Below are positions 62,601-64,000 of a stretch of 64,000 nt of DNA, piece after piece. The DNA is taken from positions 127,226,001-127,290,000 of the forward strand of contig NW_024704742.1 of the NCBI RefSeq assembly GCF_018977255.1, written 5' to 3'. Within the stretch, counting starts at the first letter, position 1, and each line of letters begins with the position of its first letter. This stretch comes from Callorhinchus milii (lineage: Eukaryota). The notes beneath the pieces were generated by a model. It searched no databases, was not told the DNA's origin, and saw nothing but the letters and a program-made list of their open reading frames with translations. The position numbers were made by a program, and so were the translations under genes.

Positions 62601-63645
62601 TCCAACATACTAGTTGTATGCAGTGGAATTGAAGGATAATGGAGTCCTGTAGCTCAGTAGTTGGAGCACTTGCCTCACAAGCGAGAGACCTGGGTTCGAT
62701 TCCCGGCAGGGTGAAACCTTGGGCAAGCTTCCTTACTCCACACGCCTGATAATAATCCCTCAAGAAAAAAAAAATTATAATTCGATCACTCAATCCACAA
62801 CTGATTGTGGGACACTACTGTGTGCAATTGGTTGCTGTGATTCGCCCACAAAAATACAGTCAATTCACTTTACAGTATATTCTGTGAAGCACTTTGAGTC
62901 ATTCAGAAGTCGTGAAAAGTGCTATATCAAATTCAAGGATTATTATTATTATTATATGACTCTCCAATCACAAGGCAGAGTTCCAATTTTATCAAGCCAC
63001 AATGGAGGAGGGGTTAAAATACTTTTTAAAAGCAATAAGATGCTAACCATCAGTACTCACAAAACCTAGTATAGACCGGAATACTTTTAGAGATACTTTT
63101 ACTTTTACTTGTCCCAGAGAGGATCGACTTCAATATCCTCACCCTTGTCTTCAAATTCCTCCACTCCTCTGAACCACCCTACCTCTCTGACCTCCTCTCT
63201 CCTCAAAACAGCGCCCGTTGTCTTCGTTCCTCCGGGTCTGGCCTCCTCCTCTTTTCCTATTTTCAGGTCTCTGCTGAAGACCTTTCTTTATGACCGTGCC
63301 TTTGGTCACCTTCCTCCCCCTCCTCCTGGCTCGGCCCCGGGATCCTTTATTGTGAAGCGCTCTGAGACGCCATCCGGCGTGGAAGGCGCTACATAAATCC
63401 AAGTTGTTGTTGTTATTACAGCCATTTTACAGATATTGCTGATACGAACCTGATTAACAACTGGTTTGTATGTTGCAATAGAAAGCAGATCATCTATTTG
63501 GTTTGCATTGAAGTTGGATAGACCGATTGCTTTGGTCAAACCCTTTTCCACTAGTTTTTCCATGGCTTTCCAAGTGTCCTTGTAATCAGTATCAGAGTAA
63601 CGCATTGTTCCATCTTCATTCTTTGGAACTAGATTATCACCCCGT
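59592..63645 (-). CDS. AKR1A1: Aldo-keto reductase family 1 member A1-like (aldehyde reductase), 5'-partial; complement(join(59592-59657,59768-59854,60682-60754,61790-61989,63450-63645))
   Basis: Motifs [31 protein letters not shown] and the C-terminus [14 protein letters not shown]. Exon sizes of 196/200/73/87/66 nt match AKR1A1 as I recall them. Family assignment is firm; orthology versus paralogy is open (see findings). Confidence 0.9.
59768..59854 (-). CDS. AKR1A1: AKR1A1-like exon
   Basis: 87 nt; [29 protein letters not shown]. Confidence 0.93.
60682..60754 (-). CDS. AKR1A1: AKR1A1-like exon
   Basis: 73 nt; [24 protein letters not shown]. Confidence 0.93.
61336..61649 (-). mobile_element. 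tRNA-Ala SINE
   Basis: Reverse complement of a full-length SINE. Confidence 0.9.
61790..61989 (-). CDS. AKR1A1: AKR1A1-like exon
   Basis: 200 nt; VECHPYLIQ...[12 protein letters not shown]...SPAQIIIR. Confidence 0.93.
62228..62532 (-). mobile_element. tRNA-Ala SINE, long form, head-truncated
   Basis: Reverse-complement body and tail. Confidence 0.85.
62641..62954 (+). mobile_element. tRNA-Ala SINE
   Basis: GGAGTCCTGTAGCTCAG head; (ATT)n tail. Confidence 0.9.
63105..63415 (+). mobile_element. L2 3' fragment
   Basis: [10 protein letters not shown]...[10 protein letters not shown]; tail stem-loop and (TTG)n. Confidence 0.8.
63450..63645 (-). CDS. AKR1A1: AKR1A1-like exon
   Basis: ttttag|A CGG GGT...AAT CAG|gttcgt; 196 nt; [12 protein letters not shown]...KAIGLSNFN. 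Confidence 0.93.
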
Positions 63646-64000
63646 CTAAAAGGACAGAAACAGTTAAATGGATGGGTAGGAGGCTGTTTGCTCTCTTGTT
63701 GGCATTTGATTTGCCTGGTGATAACAACAGCTTATAGCACGCCCTTCACGCATGGTACCGTCCTAGAGCAACTGTTGAGGATGATTTGTCCACTATTAGC
63801 AAACTGAATAGGGCTTGCATGCAGCAGCACTGTTTTTAAATGAGTAACATACAGATCCTGTAGATATAGTTAGAGGGTATGGGAGAGGGGATTAGAAGGG
63901 ATGAGGCTCATTTGGAGTAAAAGCAGCAGCTTAGAAGAGTTGGGCTGAATAGCCTGTTACTGTGCTATACAATATATGTGATTCTGTGCAATCCTTGGTG

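Overview
Vertebrate nuclear DNA, most likely from a cartilaginous fish (inferred from the L2/CR1 LINE, tRNA-Ala SINE and DeuSINE content; a holocephalan such as the elephant shark is my best guess). The window holds three spliced genes, which I rebuilt exon by exon from splice sites and reading frame. (1) FANCG (+), last 11 coding exons at 651-24511; its 5' exons lie upstream of the window. (2) VCP/p97 (+), complete, 17 exons, 806 aa, 29984-47701, with a CpG-island promoter and two GC-AG introns. (3) An AKR1A1-like aldo-keto reductase (-), last 5 exons at 59592-63645. Introns and intergenic DNA are dense in L2 and CR1 LINE fragments, two SINE families and small MITE-like elements. I found no convincing wholly new biological system. 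The best leads are: an AKR1A1-like gene at the VCP/FANCG locus that may be an ancient ohnolog lost in mammals; twin GC-AG introns in VCP; a covarying 3' stem-loop shared by L2 and SINE tails; inverted SINE pairs flanking exons; a duplicated ZNF143-like motif in VCP intron 8; and a 38-bp direct repeat carrying a recursive-splice-like AG|GT in VCP intron 1. Comparisons with human sequences and exon sizes are from memory and need database confirmation.
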